This document shows, piece by piece, positions 38,842 to 48,525 of a stretch of DNA of 64,000 bases. The notes below the pieces were generated by a model that searched no databases, was not told where the DNA came from, and was given only the letters and a program-made list of their open reading frames with translations. The stretch comes from Acidimicrobiia bacterium (GTDB lineage Bacteria > Actinomycetota > Acidimicrobiia > Acidimicrobiales > CATQHL01). Positions within the stretch are counted from its first letter, which is position 1. The number at the start of each line of letters is the position of its first letter. The stretch lies in assembly GCA_021296415.1 (NCBI GenBank), contig JAGWAL010000001.1, positions 16,720 to 80,719 of the forward strand. The letters run 5' to 3'. A program made the position numbers and the translations under genes.

Positions 38842-40079
38842 GCCGGAACCGCTGCCAGGGCCGCACCCGCCCGACGGTCCTCATCCCGGTAGCGCGAGAC
38901 GAGCCAGGTATTGAACTGGGCGAGGACCGACTCCTGCCACGAGTACCGCCCGCGCGGGGCGAAGCGGGACCCCATCCCCCGCTGAACCGCCGTGTTGGTC
39001 GGCAGGTCCTGGTTGTTGAACAACTCCACCCCGTGGATGGCGGCCCCCAGCAGCTCGCCGAACAGGGGCACCTCCAGCGTGGACGGCGGGAAGATGTAGG
39101 CCATCGTGAGGGTGTGGGACGACTCGTTCACCGGTTGCACCGTGAACCAGAACGCCGAGTCCGGCTGGAATCCCATCAGCAGGCTGGGAGGAACGTAGGC
39201 GAACGTCATCCGCCAGCGCTCTTCCTCCGTAAGGGTCGGGATGATCGGAAAGATCGCCTTCTGGGTGGGGTTGAAGCCTCCGTCGGGAACGGTTGCTCCC
39301 ATGAACCCGTACATTGCGCCGTCGCCCTCCTCGAAGGGCGCGTACCAGGCGTTGCGCGACGGCGCGAAGTCATGGATGCCCTTGTGGAGACGATCCGGGT
39401 GATAACCCTCCATGAAGTTCTCGACCATGATCTTCCAGTTGAACGGGAGGTCCGGGACGGTCTCGGGCTCCACCGTGACCATGTCCTCGATGTGGTAGTT
39501 CGCCAGAACCTCGTCGAGTTTGCCCAGGCGGGGAGCCAGCGGCGGCGCCTCCTCGTCGAAGTTGACGAAGACGAATCCCTTCCAGAGTTCCGTCCGCAGC
39601 CGCGGCAACGCGATGCCCGAGCGGGCGAATCCCGTCGTCTGGCCCATCTCGGGTGCACCCACGAGCCTGCCGTCGAGGTCGTAGGTCCACCAGTGGTAGG
39701 GGCAGCGGAAGGTGCGACAGTTGCCGGACGTCTCCGGCGGCAGTTCGAACCACTCCGAGGGCGGCCGTTGCGCGGGCGCGGTGACGCACATGCCCCGGTG
39801 CTGGCAGACCGAGGACATCACGTTGATCTCGTTCTGCGCGCCGCGCACGACGATCAGAGGCTCCCCGGCCACCGTGATCGTGTAGAAGTCCCCCACGTTG
39901 GGGATCTGGTCGCTGCGCCCCACGCAGACCCACTCGTGACCGAAGACGGCCTCCTTCTCGAACGCGAAGAAGTCCGGATCGGCGTACACCGCCGGCGGCA
40001 GGCCGACAGCAGCGGTGAAGTCCTGCGCCGATGCATCCATGCTCTCCAGCGGAATGGGGCAGCGGCAGTGTGTCGACAC
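38838..40079 (-). CDS. Rieske non-heme iron oxygenase alpha subunit (paralog 1; choline monooxygenase/CntA-like group)
   Basis: CQH-x31-CPYH, NWK..VENFMEGYH...H, NQD. Confidence 0.92.
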   Translation of the reverse strand: MSTHCRCPIPLESMDASAQDFTAAVGLPPAVYADPDFFAFEKEAVFGHEWVCVGRSDQIPNVGDFYTITVAGEPLIVVRGAQNEINVMSSVCQHRGMCVTAPAQRPPSEWFELPPETSGNCRTFRCPYHWWTYDLDGRLVGAPEMGQTTGFARSGIALPRLRTELWKGFVFVNFDEEAPPLAPRLGKLDEVLANYHIEDMVTVEPETVPDLPFNWKIMVENFMEGYHPDRLHKGIHDFAPSRNAWYAPFEEGDGAMYGFMGATVPDGGFNPTQKAIFPIIPTLTEEERWRMTFAYVPPSLLMGFQPDSAFWFTVQPVNESSHTLTMAYIFPPSTLEVPLFGELLGAAIHGVELFNNQDLPTNTAVQRGMGSRFAPRGRYSWQESVLAQFNTWLVSRYRDEDRRAGAALAAVPA

Positions 40080-40154
40080 GAGGCACCTCCAGGTCGTTCG
40101 AAGACTTCACGTTAGTGCGCGCCACGGGAGCGGTTCCAAGGCGCTCCGCAATCG

Positions 40155-40732
40155 CTACGACGACCGAGCTCGCCTTCCATGTTCGGCAGCGATCGAGCGA
40201 GTCGCGGTCCCGAGCAGCGGCGGCGTCGGCCAGGATCGGGCGACCTGGAACGCCTTGGCGACGGCGAGCACCGTCTCGTCCGCGAAGCGCCGCCCGACGA
40301 TCTGACCGCCGGTTGGCAGGCCGTCGGAGCTGAACCCCGTCGGCACCGAGATCACGGGGCAGGAGGGCACGAGGTTGAAGGGCGAGGTCATCTCCAGACC
40401 GTCGAAGGAGCCATCGGGCCCCGTCCTGCCGTAGTCCGAGTCCTCGACTCCCTCGGCGGGCGGGACAGGAAGGGAACCCCGCGCAAGGGTTCCGTCCCGC
40501 CCCGCTGCGACGTGGTCGGCGTGCCCGCTGCCCGGCGCGCCGCCGAGCGTGCCTCACTGCCGTACACGAAGCACAGCAGGTTGAGCGCTGGGTTGAGCAG
40601 GTCGATGCGCTCGAGATGGGCCTCCACCACATCGACGACCGTGACCTGACCCCCCTCCAGGGCCTCGGTGAGCGACGCAACCGACATCGAGCAGAGCTCG
40701 TCGGCGCGCCCCCGATCGGACTCGCCCGTCAA
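40155..40732 (-). pseudogene. amidase (GatA/AS family) with internal deletion and frameshift
   Basis: N-terminus (VEAHLERIDLLNPALN...PLRGVPF) is joined out of frame to the C-terminus (TSPFNL..CPVISVPTGF..GLPTGGQIVGRRFADETVL); the catalytic core is missing. Confidence 0.82.
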
Positions 40733-41892
40733 GATGGGCCGTGGGGGACTTCGCTGAGCAAGCGGAGGCCGTCGTCTGTCACGAGGAAGTTGTCCTCGAT
40801 CTTCAGCACGACGGATTCGCCGCCGATCTCGACGAACGTCTCCGGCTCCAGCGCGATCGTGGCGCCGGAGACGAGCGGCACGTCCGCGCTCATCAGATCG
40901 GGCCGATACATCGTCGGCCACTCGCAGGCTCGGAGCCCGATGCCGTGGCCGACCGCGTAGGGGGTGCGCGGATAGCCGTGCCCGCGCAGAACGGCGTTGG
41001 CAGCCTCGTGGATCCTCGATGAGCTCACGCCGGGACGGCAGAGATCCTGGGCTGCGCCGTAAGCCTCCAGGAGCACTTCGTAGCCCTTGACAACCTCGGG
41101 ATGGGGATCTCCCACGAAGGCGGTTCGGCAGATGTCGGACGCGTATCCCCCTTGTCCATAGGCACCGATGTCGAAGAAGAAGGCGTCGCCATGCCGCAAC
41201 TCCGCGCCGTTGGCGAACCAATTCCCGGTCGGTTGCCGGACGTTGCACACGGAATGCGTGAGATATTCCACGCCTTGGCGCTGCAACGACTCCATCGCCA
41301 CCGCCAAGACCTCGAAGTCCCGCATTCCGGGTGCAAGCGCCTCGATCGCTTCGGATGCCGCTATCGCATTGACGCGGCTTACCGCCTCGAGCAGTTCGAC
41401 CTCGGCTGGATGCTTCTCGACCCGGACCTCGAACATCTCGAGGGCGACGTCGAAGAATTCCACGTTCGGCAGCCGCTCCCGCAGGGCCTCGAACACCTGC
41501 CACGCGCACGTGTCCACCCCCACCCGGCGGGCGCCGGCGCGTTCGATCTGCTCGGCGAGCACGCGGGCCCACTCGGCCACGTGCATCGTGCTTGCCGACC
41601 ATGAGGGCGCCGGAACCCAGGCGCTGACGTTGGGCAGGTTCGGCAGGGGCTCGAAGACTTCCTCATCCACGAACGGCACGAAGATCAAGCTCCGGCCATC
41701 ACGGTCCACGAGTGTGGCGAACCAGTCGTGGTTCTCCGAGATCGTCATGACGCGGTAGTCCGTCACATAGCGGATGTTGTCGAAGGCCGTGAACAGCACG
41801 TGATCCAGCGCTTTGGCAGCCATCAGCGACCGGGTCCGCGCCAGCCGGTCGGCGCGCAGTGAGAGCCAGTCGATGCTCGGCCAGTCGTACAC
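40729..41892 (-). CDS. M24 family (Xaa-Pro peptidase/creatinase fold) metallohydrolase
   Basis: Creatinase-type N-domain (NIRYVTD); ligands FDIG..GYASD, GHGIG, ALEP, KIED. Confidence 0.88.
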   Translation of the reverse strand: MYDWPSIDWLSLRADRLARTRSLMAAKALDHVLFTAFDNIRYVTDYRVMTISENHDWFATLVDRDGRSLIFVPFVDEEVFEPLPNLPNVSAWVPAPSWSASTMHVAEWARVLAEQIERAGARRVGVDTCAWQVFEALRERLPNVEFFDVALEMFEVRVEKHPAEVELLEAVSRVNAIAASEAIEALAPGMRDFEVLAVAMESLQRQGVEYLTHSVCNVRQPTGNWFANGAELRHGDAFFFDIGAYGQGGYASDICRTAFVGDPHPEVVKGYEVLLEAYGAAQDLCRPGVSSSRIHEAANAVLRGHGYPRTPYAVGHGIGLRACEWPTMYRPDLMSADVPLVSGATIALEPETFVEIGGESVVLKIEDNFLVTDDGLRLLSEVPHGPS

Positions 41893-41901
41893 GTGCGGGT
41901 C

Positions 41902-43131
41902 TCAGTCCAAGAGTGCCTTCGAGTACCGGCGAATGAGCCAGCGGTTGAAATGCGAAATGGGTTGCTCCTGCCAGCACAGCCGGCCTCTGGGCGCGAAGTC
42001 CGATCGCAAGCCGCGCTGAATCGACGAGACCGCGCCGAAGTCCTGCTCGTTGAAGTACTCGATGCCGAGCGCGGCAACTGCTTCGAGGTGGTGGAACCGG
42101 GGATGCTCCGGATACTCCCGGGGGTACAGCCCTGCCACCTTGATATCGAGCCGGTCGACCGCCGTCGGATTCATGAGGAAGTAGAACGCCGAGTCGGAGT
42201 TGACGCCGAAGGCCAGTGTCGGCGGCACCAGGAAGAACACGGCCAACGCCCGTTCCTCTTCAGTGAGCGTGGCAATCGGCGGGAACAGGGCCTTGAAAGT
42301 CGGGTTGAATCCGAAATCGGCGTGCGTGGTCTTCCCGGCGCCGATGACCGTGGCGCCGGATGGATCGAAGTCATCGCGCCACTCGTAGCTGTTGCTCCGC
42401 GAGAACTCGCAGATCGGATGGTGCAAGCGGTCGGAGTGGTAGAACTCCACGAAGTTCTCGACCATGACCTTCCAGTTCCAAGGGAGATCCTGGAGGAGTT
42501 CGGCCTCGCCGGGGACCATGTCGGCGATGTTCCAGTTCGTGATCATCTCGTCGACCGCTTCGAGCTTGGGCGCCAGCGGAGCGGCGTCGCGGTCGAAATT
42601 GGCGAATATGAAGTTGTTCCAGACCTCGACCCGGAGGTTGGGCAGGCGGTTGTCCTCGCGCCGGAACCCCTTGGTCCGCTGCATGTCGGGCGCGCCGATG
42701 AGGTCGCCCTCCAGGTTGTAGGTCCAGTAGTGGTACGGGCAGCGAAAGGCGTGCCCGCAGTTGCCCGAAGTCTCGGCGGGCCGACTGTCCCACCACTTCT
42801 CGCGAGGCTTCGGGATCTGATCGGTGATCACCATGGCGCGGTGCCGGCAAACGGATGACATGACCCGGACCTGGCCGTCCTTGCCGCGCACCGCCAGGAG
42901 CGGCTCGTCCGCGATGGTCGCGGTGAAGTAGTCGCCCGCATCCGGGATCTCGTCGGCCCGCCCGAGACACACCCACTCCTTCTTGAAGAGGGCGCCCTTC
43001 TCGAACTCGAAGAACTCCGGGCTCGTGTAGCACTTGGCCGGCAGCATGACCGCCTCGTCGACCTCTTTGTCCGAGGCCTCCAGGTCGCTCGCCAGGATGC
43101 GGCGCACCAGCGGTGTTGTCGGGATGGCCAT
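41902..43131 (-). CDS. Rieske oxygenase alpha subunit (paralog 2)
   Basis: CRH-x33-CPYH, WNWKVMVENFVEFYH...H, EQD. Confidence 0.92.
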   Translation of the reverse strand: MAIPTTPLVRRILASDLEASDKEVDEAVMLPAKCYTSPEFFEFEKGALFKKEWVCLGRADEIPDAGDYFTATIADEPLLAVRGKDGQVRVMSSVCRHRAMVITDQIPKPREKWWDSRPAETSGNCGHAFRCPYHYWTYNLEGDLIGAPDMQRTKGFRREDNRLPNLRVEVWNNFIFANFDRDAAPLAPKLEAVDEMITNWNIADMVPGEAELLQDLPWNWKVMVENFVEFYHSDRLHHPICEFSRSNSYEWRDDFDPSGATVIGAGKTTHADFGFNPTFKALFPPIATLTEEERALAVFFLVPPTLAFGVNSDSAFYFLMNPTAVDRLDIKVAGLYPREYPEHPRFHHLEAVAALGIEYFNEQDFGAVSSIQRGLRSDFAPRGRLCWQEQPISHFNRWLIRRYSKALLD

Positions 43132-43291
43132 ACCTGAGACGCCTTTCGGACGGGGCCCGGATCGCTCGACGGCGTCGCCGTCCCCCCCGAGATTCCAGTT
43201 CCGTGCCTGCTGTTGGGAACGTAGCGCCGATGCATATGAGGGTCAAGGTGCCGGGATGGCGCCACCACCGGGAACGGGGCGACCCGAACGG

Positions 43292-44200
43292 TCACGCCTT
43301 CCCCGGCGCGAAGGTGCGGCCGAGGGCCGCCGGCTGCCGCTTGCCGCGCGCGAACAGGAGCATGGCCAGGAGGGCAAGCAGGTACGGCGCCGAGATCAGC
43401 ACCTGGGGCGTGATCGTCACGCCGATGGCCGGGAGCGCCAGCCGCAGCGCGTCGGCCCAGGCGAACAGGAGGCAGCCCAGAACAGTGCCCCTGATCGTCC
43501 ATCCGCCGAAGATGACGGCCGCGATCGCTATGAAACCCCGGCCTGCGGTCATGTTGGGCGTGAATGCGCCGATCACGCCGACCGACAGGTAGGCCCCGCC
43601 CAGCCCGGCCAACGCACCACACAGGTAGATCGCCTGCCGCCTCCGCCTGTTGACCGGGATGCCGGTGATGGTCGACGAGTCCGGATCCTCGCCCGCGGCG
43701 CGAATCTCGAGTCCCCAACGGCTCCGCCACAGCACCCACCAGATCAAGGGAATCAGGGCGTAGAGCAAGAAGAAGGGCGGCTTCTGCTCGAAGAGCGCCT
43801 GGCCCACGAGCGGGATCTCGGAGAGAACCGGGATCGACCACGTGCCGAACTGCAGAGGGATCATGTCGATCGATGCGAGCAGAAAGCTCGTACTGCCCAG
43901 AACGAGGATGTTGAGCGCCAGTCCCACGACGAACTGGTTGATCGTGAAGCGGTGGCTCAGGAGCGCCTGCACGACGGCCACCACCAATCCCACGGCGATG
44001 CCGATGAGCAGCCCGAGGACCGGCGAGCCGGTCACGGAACTTCCGAGCGCCCCGCCGAAGGCGCTGCCGAGCATCATCGCCTCGACGGAGATGTTCAGCG
44101 TCCCGGCCCGTTCTGCGACCATCTCACCCAGCGCCACGAAGAGGAGCGGCGCCGCCAGGCGCGAGGCGCTGTCGAGAATGATCGTGATGTCCTGGATCAT
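43292..44200 (-). CDS. ABC transporter permease (nucleoside/CUT2 type)
   Basis: ERAGTLNISVE, GLEIRAAGE, AGRGFIAIAAVIFG, PYL. Confidence 0.92.
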   Translation of the reverse strand: MIQDITIILDSASRLAAPLLFVALGEMVAERAGTLNISVEAMMLGSAFGGALGSSVTGSPVLGLLIGIAVGLVVAVVQALLSHRFTINQFVVGLALNILVLGSTSFLLASIDMIPLQFGTWSIPVLSEIPLVGQALFEQKPPFFLLYALIPLIWWVLWRSRWGLEIRAAGEDPDSSTITGIPVNRRRRQAIYLCGALAGLGGAYLSVGVIGAFTPNMTAGRGFIAIAAVIFGGWTIRGTVLGCLLFAWADALRLALPAIGVTITPQVLISAPYLLALLAMLLFARGKRQPAALGRTFAPGKA

Positions 44201-44270
44201 CCCGGCCCCTCGGATCGCATCGGGGCACCGGCGCCGCGAGGCACTTGCTGCGGGAGGGGGACCACGGGAG

Positions 44271-45431
44271 TCACGCCCGGTCGCGGATCGCCCGCGCCTG
44301 GCGCTGGCGGCTCCGGTAGATCATGTACAGCGAGGGCAGGGTGACGGCAATGACGATCAGAGCCTGGACGATGCCGACCAGGGCCTGATCGACGCCGGTC
44401 GCGGCGAGCACACCGCCGCCGGCGCGCAGTGCGCCGTAGAGAAAGGCAACCGGGATCGCGTACAGGGGACCGAAGCCGGCAACGAGCCCCACGAGCAGGC
44501 CTTCCCAGCCGTAGTTGTTGGCGAAACCGGTCCGGATGCGCATGACGTGACCGCTGAGGAGCACGCCGCCGGCGAGCCCCGCCATAGCCCCCGAGAGCAG
44601 AAGGGCGCTCCCTCCGATCACCCAGGGCCGCACGCCGAAGCGGCTTGCGGCCCGCGGGTTGAACCCGAACATGCGCAGCCGGAATCCCCAGCGCAGGCGC
44701 GCGATCGCGAACGCGGCGCCGGCGGCCACCACGATCGCGATAACGATGCCGAATTGGAGCCGGAATCCCTCGCCCGACGCCAGGAATGGCAGTTGAGCGG
44801 TGTCGGGCAGGCGGTCCGACTGTGGGTTGAGGGAAACGTATGCGGCTTCGCTGGGCGATTCCTGGAGAAGCCACGACCGATTCACCGCGAACGAAATAAC
44901 CTCGAAAGCAACGAAGTTGAGCAGGAGTGTCGTGATGACCTCGCTGATGCCACGGCCGTACTTGAAGGCCGCGGCCACCGCCGCCCAGACCGCCCCTCCT
45001 ATCACGCTGGCCGCCAGGATCACGGGGATCGCCACGAATCCCGGTGCCGGCAGGGCCAAACCCACCGCGGCACCGAACATTGCGCCGAACGCCAACTGTC
45101 CCTCGAGGCCGATGTTGATCAGGCTGGCCCGGCCGGCGATGCAGGCTCCGACTGCGACGATGAGCAGCGGGATCATGTGGTTGATCGTCGTCACCAACGC
45201 CGAGGCCGAGCCCACGCTGCCTCGGATCATTGCCGAGAACACGGTCCCCGGGCTGTTGCCCGTGAACTCCAGGAACAGCGAGGCGATCAGGAGCGCCACC
45301 ACGATCGAGACGACCAGGAGGACGGGGAAGACCAGCTTGTCGCGAAGGGGAACGCTGCTCGCCGTCTCCTCCCGGTCGGGCAGCTCCTCCTCCCGGGGCG
45401 CTGCTTCCCGGCCGGCCGGGTCGGGGTTCAC
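44271..45431 (-). CDS. ABC transporter permease (nucleoside/CUT2 type)
   Basis: NIGLEGQ, EVITTLLLN, GFNPRAA, YGWEGLLV. Confidence 0.92.
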   Translation of the reverse strand: MNPDPAGREAAPREEELPDREETASSVPLRDKLVFPVLLVVSIVVALLIASLFLEFTGNSPGTVFSAMIRGSVGSASALVTTINHMIPLLIVAVGACIAGRASLINIGLEGQLAFGAMFGAAVGLALPAPGFVAIPVILAASVIGGAVWAAVAAAFKYGRGISEVITTLLLNFVAFEVISFAVNRSWLLQESPSEAAYVSLNPQSDRLPDTAQLPFLASGEGFRLQFGIVIAIVVAAGAAFAIARLRWGFRLRMFGFNPRAASRFGVRPWVIGGSALLLSGAMAGLAGGVLLSGHVMRIRTGFANNYGWEGLLVGLVAGFGPLYAIPVAFLYGALRAGGGVLAATGVDQALVGIVQALIVIAVTLPSLYMIYRSRQRQARAIRDRA

Positions 45432-47134
45432 GCCGCCTGGCCTCCCATCATGAGCCCGAGCCTCTCGTGATCCACCGCGGCACTGTCCATGCTCCCGACG
45501 ATGGTGCCGCGGTGGATCACGTCGATCCGGTCGGCCAGGGCGAGGATCTCGTCCAACTCGGTGGAGATGAGCAGCACGGCCGTCCCGTCGCGCGCCACGT
45601 TGCTCAGCCGGGCCCACATGTCCTCGATGGCGCCGACGTCGAGCCCCTGGGTGGGTTGCGCGGCCAGCAGGACAGCGGGGTTTCGCGACAGTTCCCGAGC
45701 CAGCACGACACGCTGCTGGTTCCCACCCGAGAGCGACCACATGGGCGCGTCCATGCTTGCCGCGGTGATGTCGAACTGCCGGACGAGCTGGCGTGCTCGC
45801 CTGCGCACGAGCCGGGGAATGATGACCCCCCGTCGCATCACGCGGTCCAGCTGGTTCAGCACCAGGTTCTCTGCGACGGTCATGTCGAGGACGCTCCCGG
45901 ACTCGCGCCGGTCCGATGGGATCACGCCGATCGTTGAGTGCGGGTCGGGGCGGCCGAGCGGGATCTCACGTCCGGAGACCATGACCCGGCCCGCCTCGGG
46001 AGCCAGCAGGCCCGACAGCAGTTCCACGAGCGCATCCTGCCCGTTGCCCTCCACGCCGGCCACGCCGAGGATCTCGCCCCTACCGACGCGGAGGGACAGG
46101 CCCTCCAGGAGCCTGCGCCCGTCGGGACCGCGTGCGCTCAGGTTCTCCACTTGCAGCGCCACGGCTTCCTCGGCGTCCGACGGCGCGGCAGATGCTGCGG
46201 CCCTGTCGGCAGGCTCGGCGGGCCCCTCGTGGGTCCCGCCCGGATCCCGCCGCTCCTGGACCGCCACGAGCCCGATCGCCGCACCCTCGTCCTCGAGCGA
46301 CGCTTCGCGACCCAGCATCTCGTTGGCCAGGGATGCCGCCGTCGCAGTGCCGGTCGCAATGGTCGAGATGGCGCGACCGTCCCGGAGGACTGTGACCCGA
46401 TCGGTGGCGCGGAGGATCTCCTCGAGGCGATGGCTGATGAGCACGACCGCGCACCCTCTCCGGTTGACCATCTCGCGCAACACGTCGAACAGCACTCGCG
46501 ATTCCTGGGACGTCAGGACCGACGTCGGTTCGTCGAGGATGATCAGCCTGGGATCCTGCCGCAGGCACTTGATGATCTCGACGCGCTGGCGCTGAGCGGG
46601 ACTGAGGTCCTCCACCCGCGCACGGGGATCGATCGGGAGTCCGTAGCGCTCGCCGATCTCGACGACCCGGTCGATCGCCTCCGCGGACCGGATCCGACCT
46701 CGCTCTCCGAGTGCCACGTTCTCCCACACTGTCAGCGCTCTGACGAGGCTGAAGTGCTGGTGGACCATCCCGATGCCCGCTTCCAGCGCAGCGATCGGGT
46801 CGCCGGGCGGGAGTTGGCTTCCGTCGAGCAGGACCCGGCCACCGTCGGGACGCACCACTCCCGACACCATCTTCATGAGGGTGGACTTTCCTGCGCCGTT
46901 CTGGCCGAGCAGCCCGCGAATCTCGCCCGCGTCGACCGCGAGCGAGACTGCGTCACAGGCGACGATCCTGCCGTAGACCTTCGTCGCCCTCTCGACGGTC
47001 AGAAGCGCGCGCGGCTCCCGGGCGGAGGCGTTGGGGGATTGCTCCGGCTCCGACCGCCCCGGCTCGTGCTGATCGGGCTCGGCCTGCGCCTCCTCCGGAG
47101 CCTCGTCGCCGGGATTTGCGGGTTCAGGCGGCAA
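45428..47134 (-). CDS. ABC transporter ATP-binding protein with two NBDs (sugar/nucleoside type)
   Basis: GQNGAGKST, MVHQHF, LDEPT, LSGGNQQ, QPTQGLD. Confidence 0.93.
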   Translation of the reverse strand: MPPEPANPGDEAPEEAQAEPDQHEPGRSEPEQSPNASAREPRALLTVERATKVYGRIVACDAVSLAVDAGEIRGLLGQNGAGKSTLMKMVSGVVRPDGGRVLLDGSQLPPGDPIAALEAGIGMVHQHFSLVRALTVWENVALGERGRIRSAEAIDRVVEIGERYGLPIDPRARVEDLSPAQRQRVEIIKCLRQDPRLIILDEPTSVLTSQESRVLFDVLREMVNRRGCAVVLISHRLEEILRATDRVTVLRDGRAISTIATGTATAASLANEMLGREASLEDEGAAIGLVAVQERRDPGGTHEGPAEPADRAAASAAPSDAEEAVALQVENLSARGPDGRRLLEGLSLRVGRGEILGVAGVEGNGQDALVELLSGLLAPEAGRVMVSGREIPLGRPDPHSTIGVIPSDRRESGSVLDMTVAENLVLNQLDRVMRRGVIIPRLVRRRARQLVRQFDITAASMDAPMWSLSGGNQQRVVLARELSRNPAVLLAAQPTQGLDVGAIEDMWARLSNVARDGTAVLLISTELDEILALADRIDVIHRGTIVGSMDSAAVDHERLGLMMGGQAA

Positions 47135-47137
47135 TCA

Positions 47138-48304
47138 TCATCCCCCGCCGGCGATCGCTTCGAAGTCGATCTCGCCTGCTGCGATCTGCGCCGCGATGTC
47201 GTCGAGCACCTGCTGTTCCTCGGGACTCGCGTCGCAGATCACCGCGCCGACCCCGGCATCGTCGGCGACGCCGAGCAGACCGAGGGAGTCGCCGTTCGCC
47301 AGGTCGCCCGAGGCGATCGAATCGAATACCTGGTTGATCCACGTCGCCGGGTTGAAGGTGATCCCCATGGCGAAGTCAGCGGTCGGGTCACCACAGCGGT
47401 TCACGGACGTGGCGACCACGTGGATCCCAGCGTTGTTGCCCGCTCTCACCACGGCGCTGAGCGCGCCGCCCAGATACGGATAGATGACGCTGCATCCCTG
47501 GTCGATCTGCGCCTGCGCCGCCTCCTGCGCCAGCGCCGCGTTCTCGAAGTCGCCGGTGAACGTGACCCGGAGCTCGTAGTCCGGATTGTGGTCTCGGAGC
47601 CCGGCCGCCAGGTGGGCGGCGGCGTTCTGGACGAAGTCCAACTCGGGGCCGGCGATGTCGCAGGCGATCGTGTCATCCTCGCTGCGGTCGAGCAGCAGCC
47701 CCATGGCAATGCCGCCGATGTAGTGCGCCTCCGCCTCGTTGGAGTCGCCGGTCGCGAAGCACGGTTCGGGGGGCGGGAACGGAGCCACCAGGAACCAGCT
47801 GATCCGGTCGAACTCGCCGGAACAGGCAACGGGGATGAACCCGTCGGTGAGCTCTGCGCCTCCGCCGACGATGATGTCGGGCCCTTGGCGGGCAAGGTTC
47901 TGGAACGCTTCCTGCGCAGCACCGGGATTCACCTGGTCCACGACGATGAAGTCCCAACCGTGGACCTCGGCCGCCGCCCTGGCGGCGTCAATCTGACCCT
48001 GGTAGAACCCGCCGTCCTGGCTGTCGCCGGCCACGACGTAACCGAGAGTCAAGGGTTCGGCGTCATCCATGGGCTCTTCATCATCCATGGACTCTGCTTC
48101 AACCATGGGCTCTGCTTCAACCATGGGCTCCGCTTCGTCCATGGGCTCCGCTTCAACCATCGGCTCATCAGCGACAGCAGGCTCGTCGCCGACAGCAGGC
48201 TGGGCGCCGTCATCCGCGTCGTCGCTCGAGCACCCGGCAGCCAGCAGGGCGAAGACTGCCAGCAGCACCATGATTGGCGTGATGATTGCTCTTGACCTGG
48301 TCAC
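47138..48304 (-). CDS. BMP family ABC substrate-binding lipoprotein
   Basis: Lipobox LAAGC, acidic repeat linker, DGGFYQ, TGDFEN; followed by a CUT2 ATPase and permeases. Confidence 0.88.
   Translation of the reverse strand: MTRSRAIITPIMVLLAVFALLAAGCSSDDADDGAQPAVGDEPAVADEPMVEAEPMDEAEPMVEAEPMVEAESMDDEEPMDDAEPLTLGYVVAGDSQDGGFYQGQIDAARAAAEVHGWDFIVVDQVNPGAAQEAFQNLARQGPDIIVGGGAELTDGFIPVACSGEFDRISWFLVAPFPPPEPCFATGDSNEAEAHYIGGIAMGLLLDRSEDDTIACDIAGPELDFVQNAAAHLAAGLRDHNPDYELRVTFTGDFENAALAQEAAQAQIDQGCSVIYPYLGGALSAVVRAGNNAGIHVVATSVNRCGDPTADFAMGITFNPATWINQVFDSIASGDLANGDSLGLLGVADDAGVGAVICDASPEEQQVLDDIAAQIAAGEIDFEAIAGGG
48052..48205. repeat. 18-bp tandem repeats encoding an acidic EPM(V/D)EA linker
   Basis: CCATGGGCTCTGCTTCAA-like units; protein DEPAVADEPMVEAEPMDEAEPMVEAEPMVEAESMDDEEPMDDAEP. 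Confidence 0.85.
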
Positions 48305-48525
48305 GTGATCCCCTTGTTGCTGCTTGCGATTCCTTGGGCGTTCCCTCACGGACATTAGCCGAGTCTCCTCGATTGTTGCCGCTTGGGAACTGCGACGCCG
48401 CGCCGTCCGCCGGAGGAACCTGGCGGCTGTCCGGTCGCGCCGAACGTCCGCGGCGGCTGGACTGCAGGCGGAGAGTCCGCCGGCCGTTCGCGGGCGGTTG
48501 GGCAATGCCGCGGGACCCGGGACGA

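Noticed and set aside
48052..48205. CRISPR array
   Set aside because: The repeats are 18-bp, in-frame coding units without unique spacers, and there are no cas genes.
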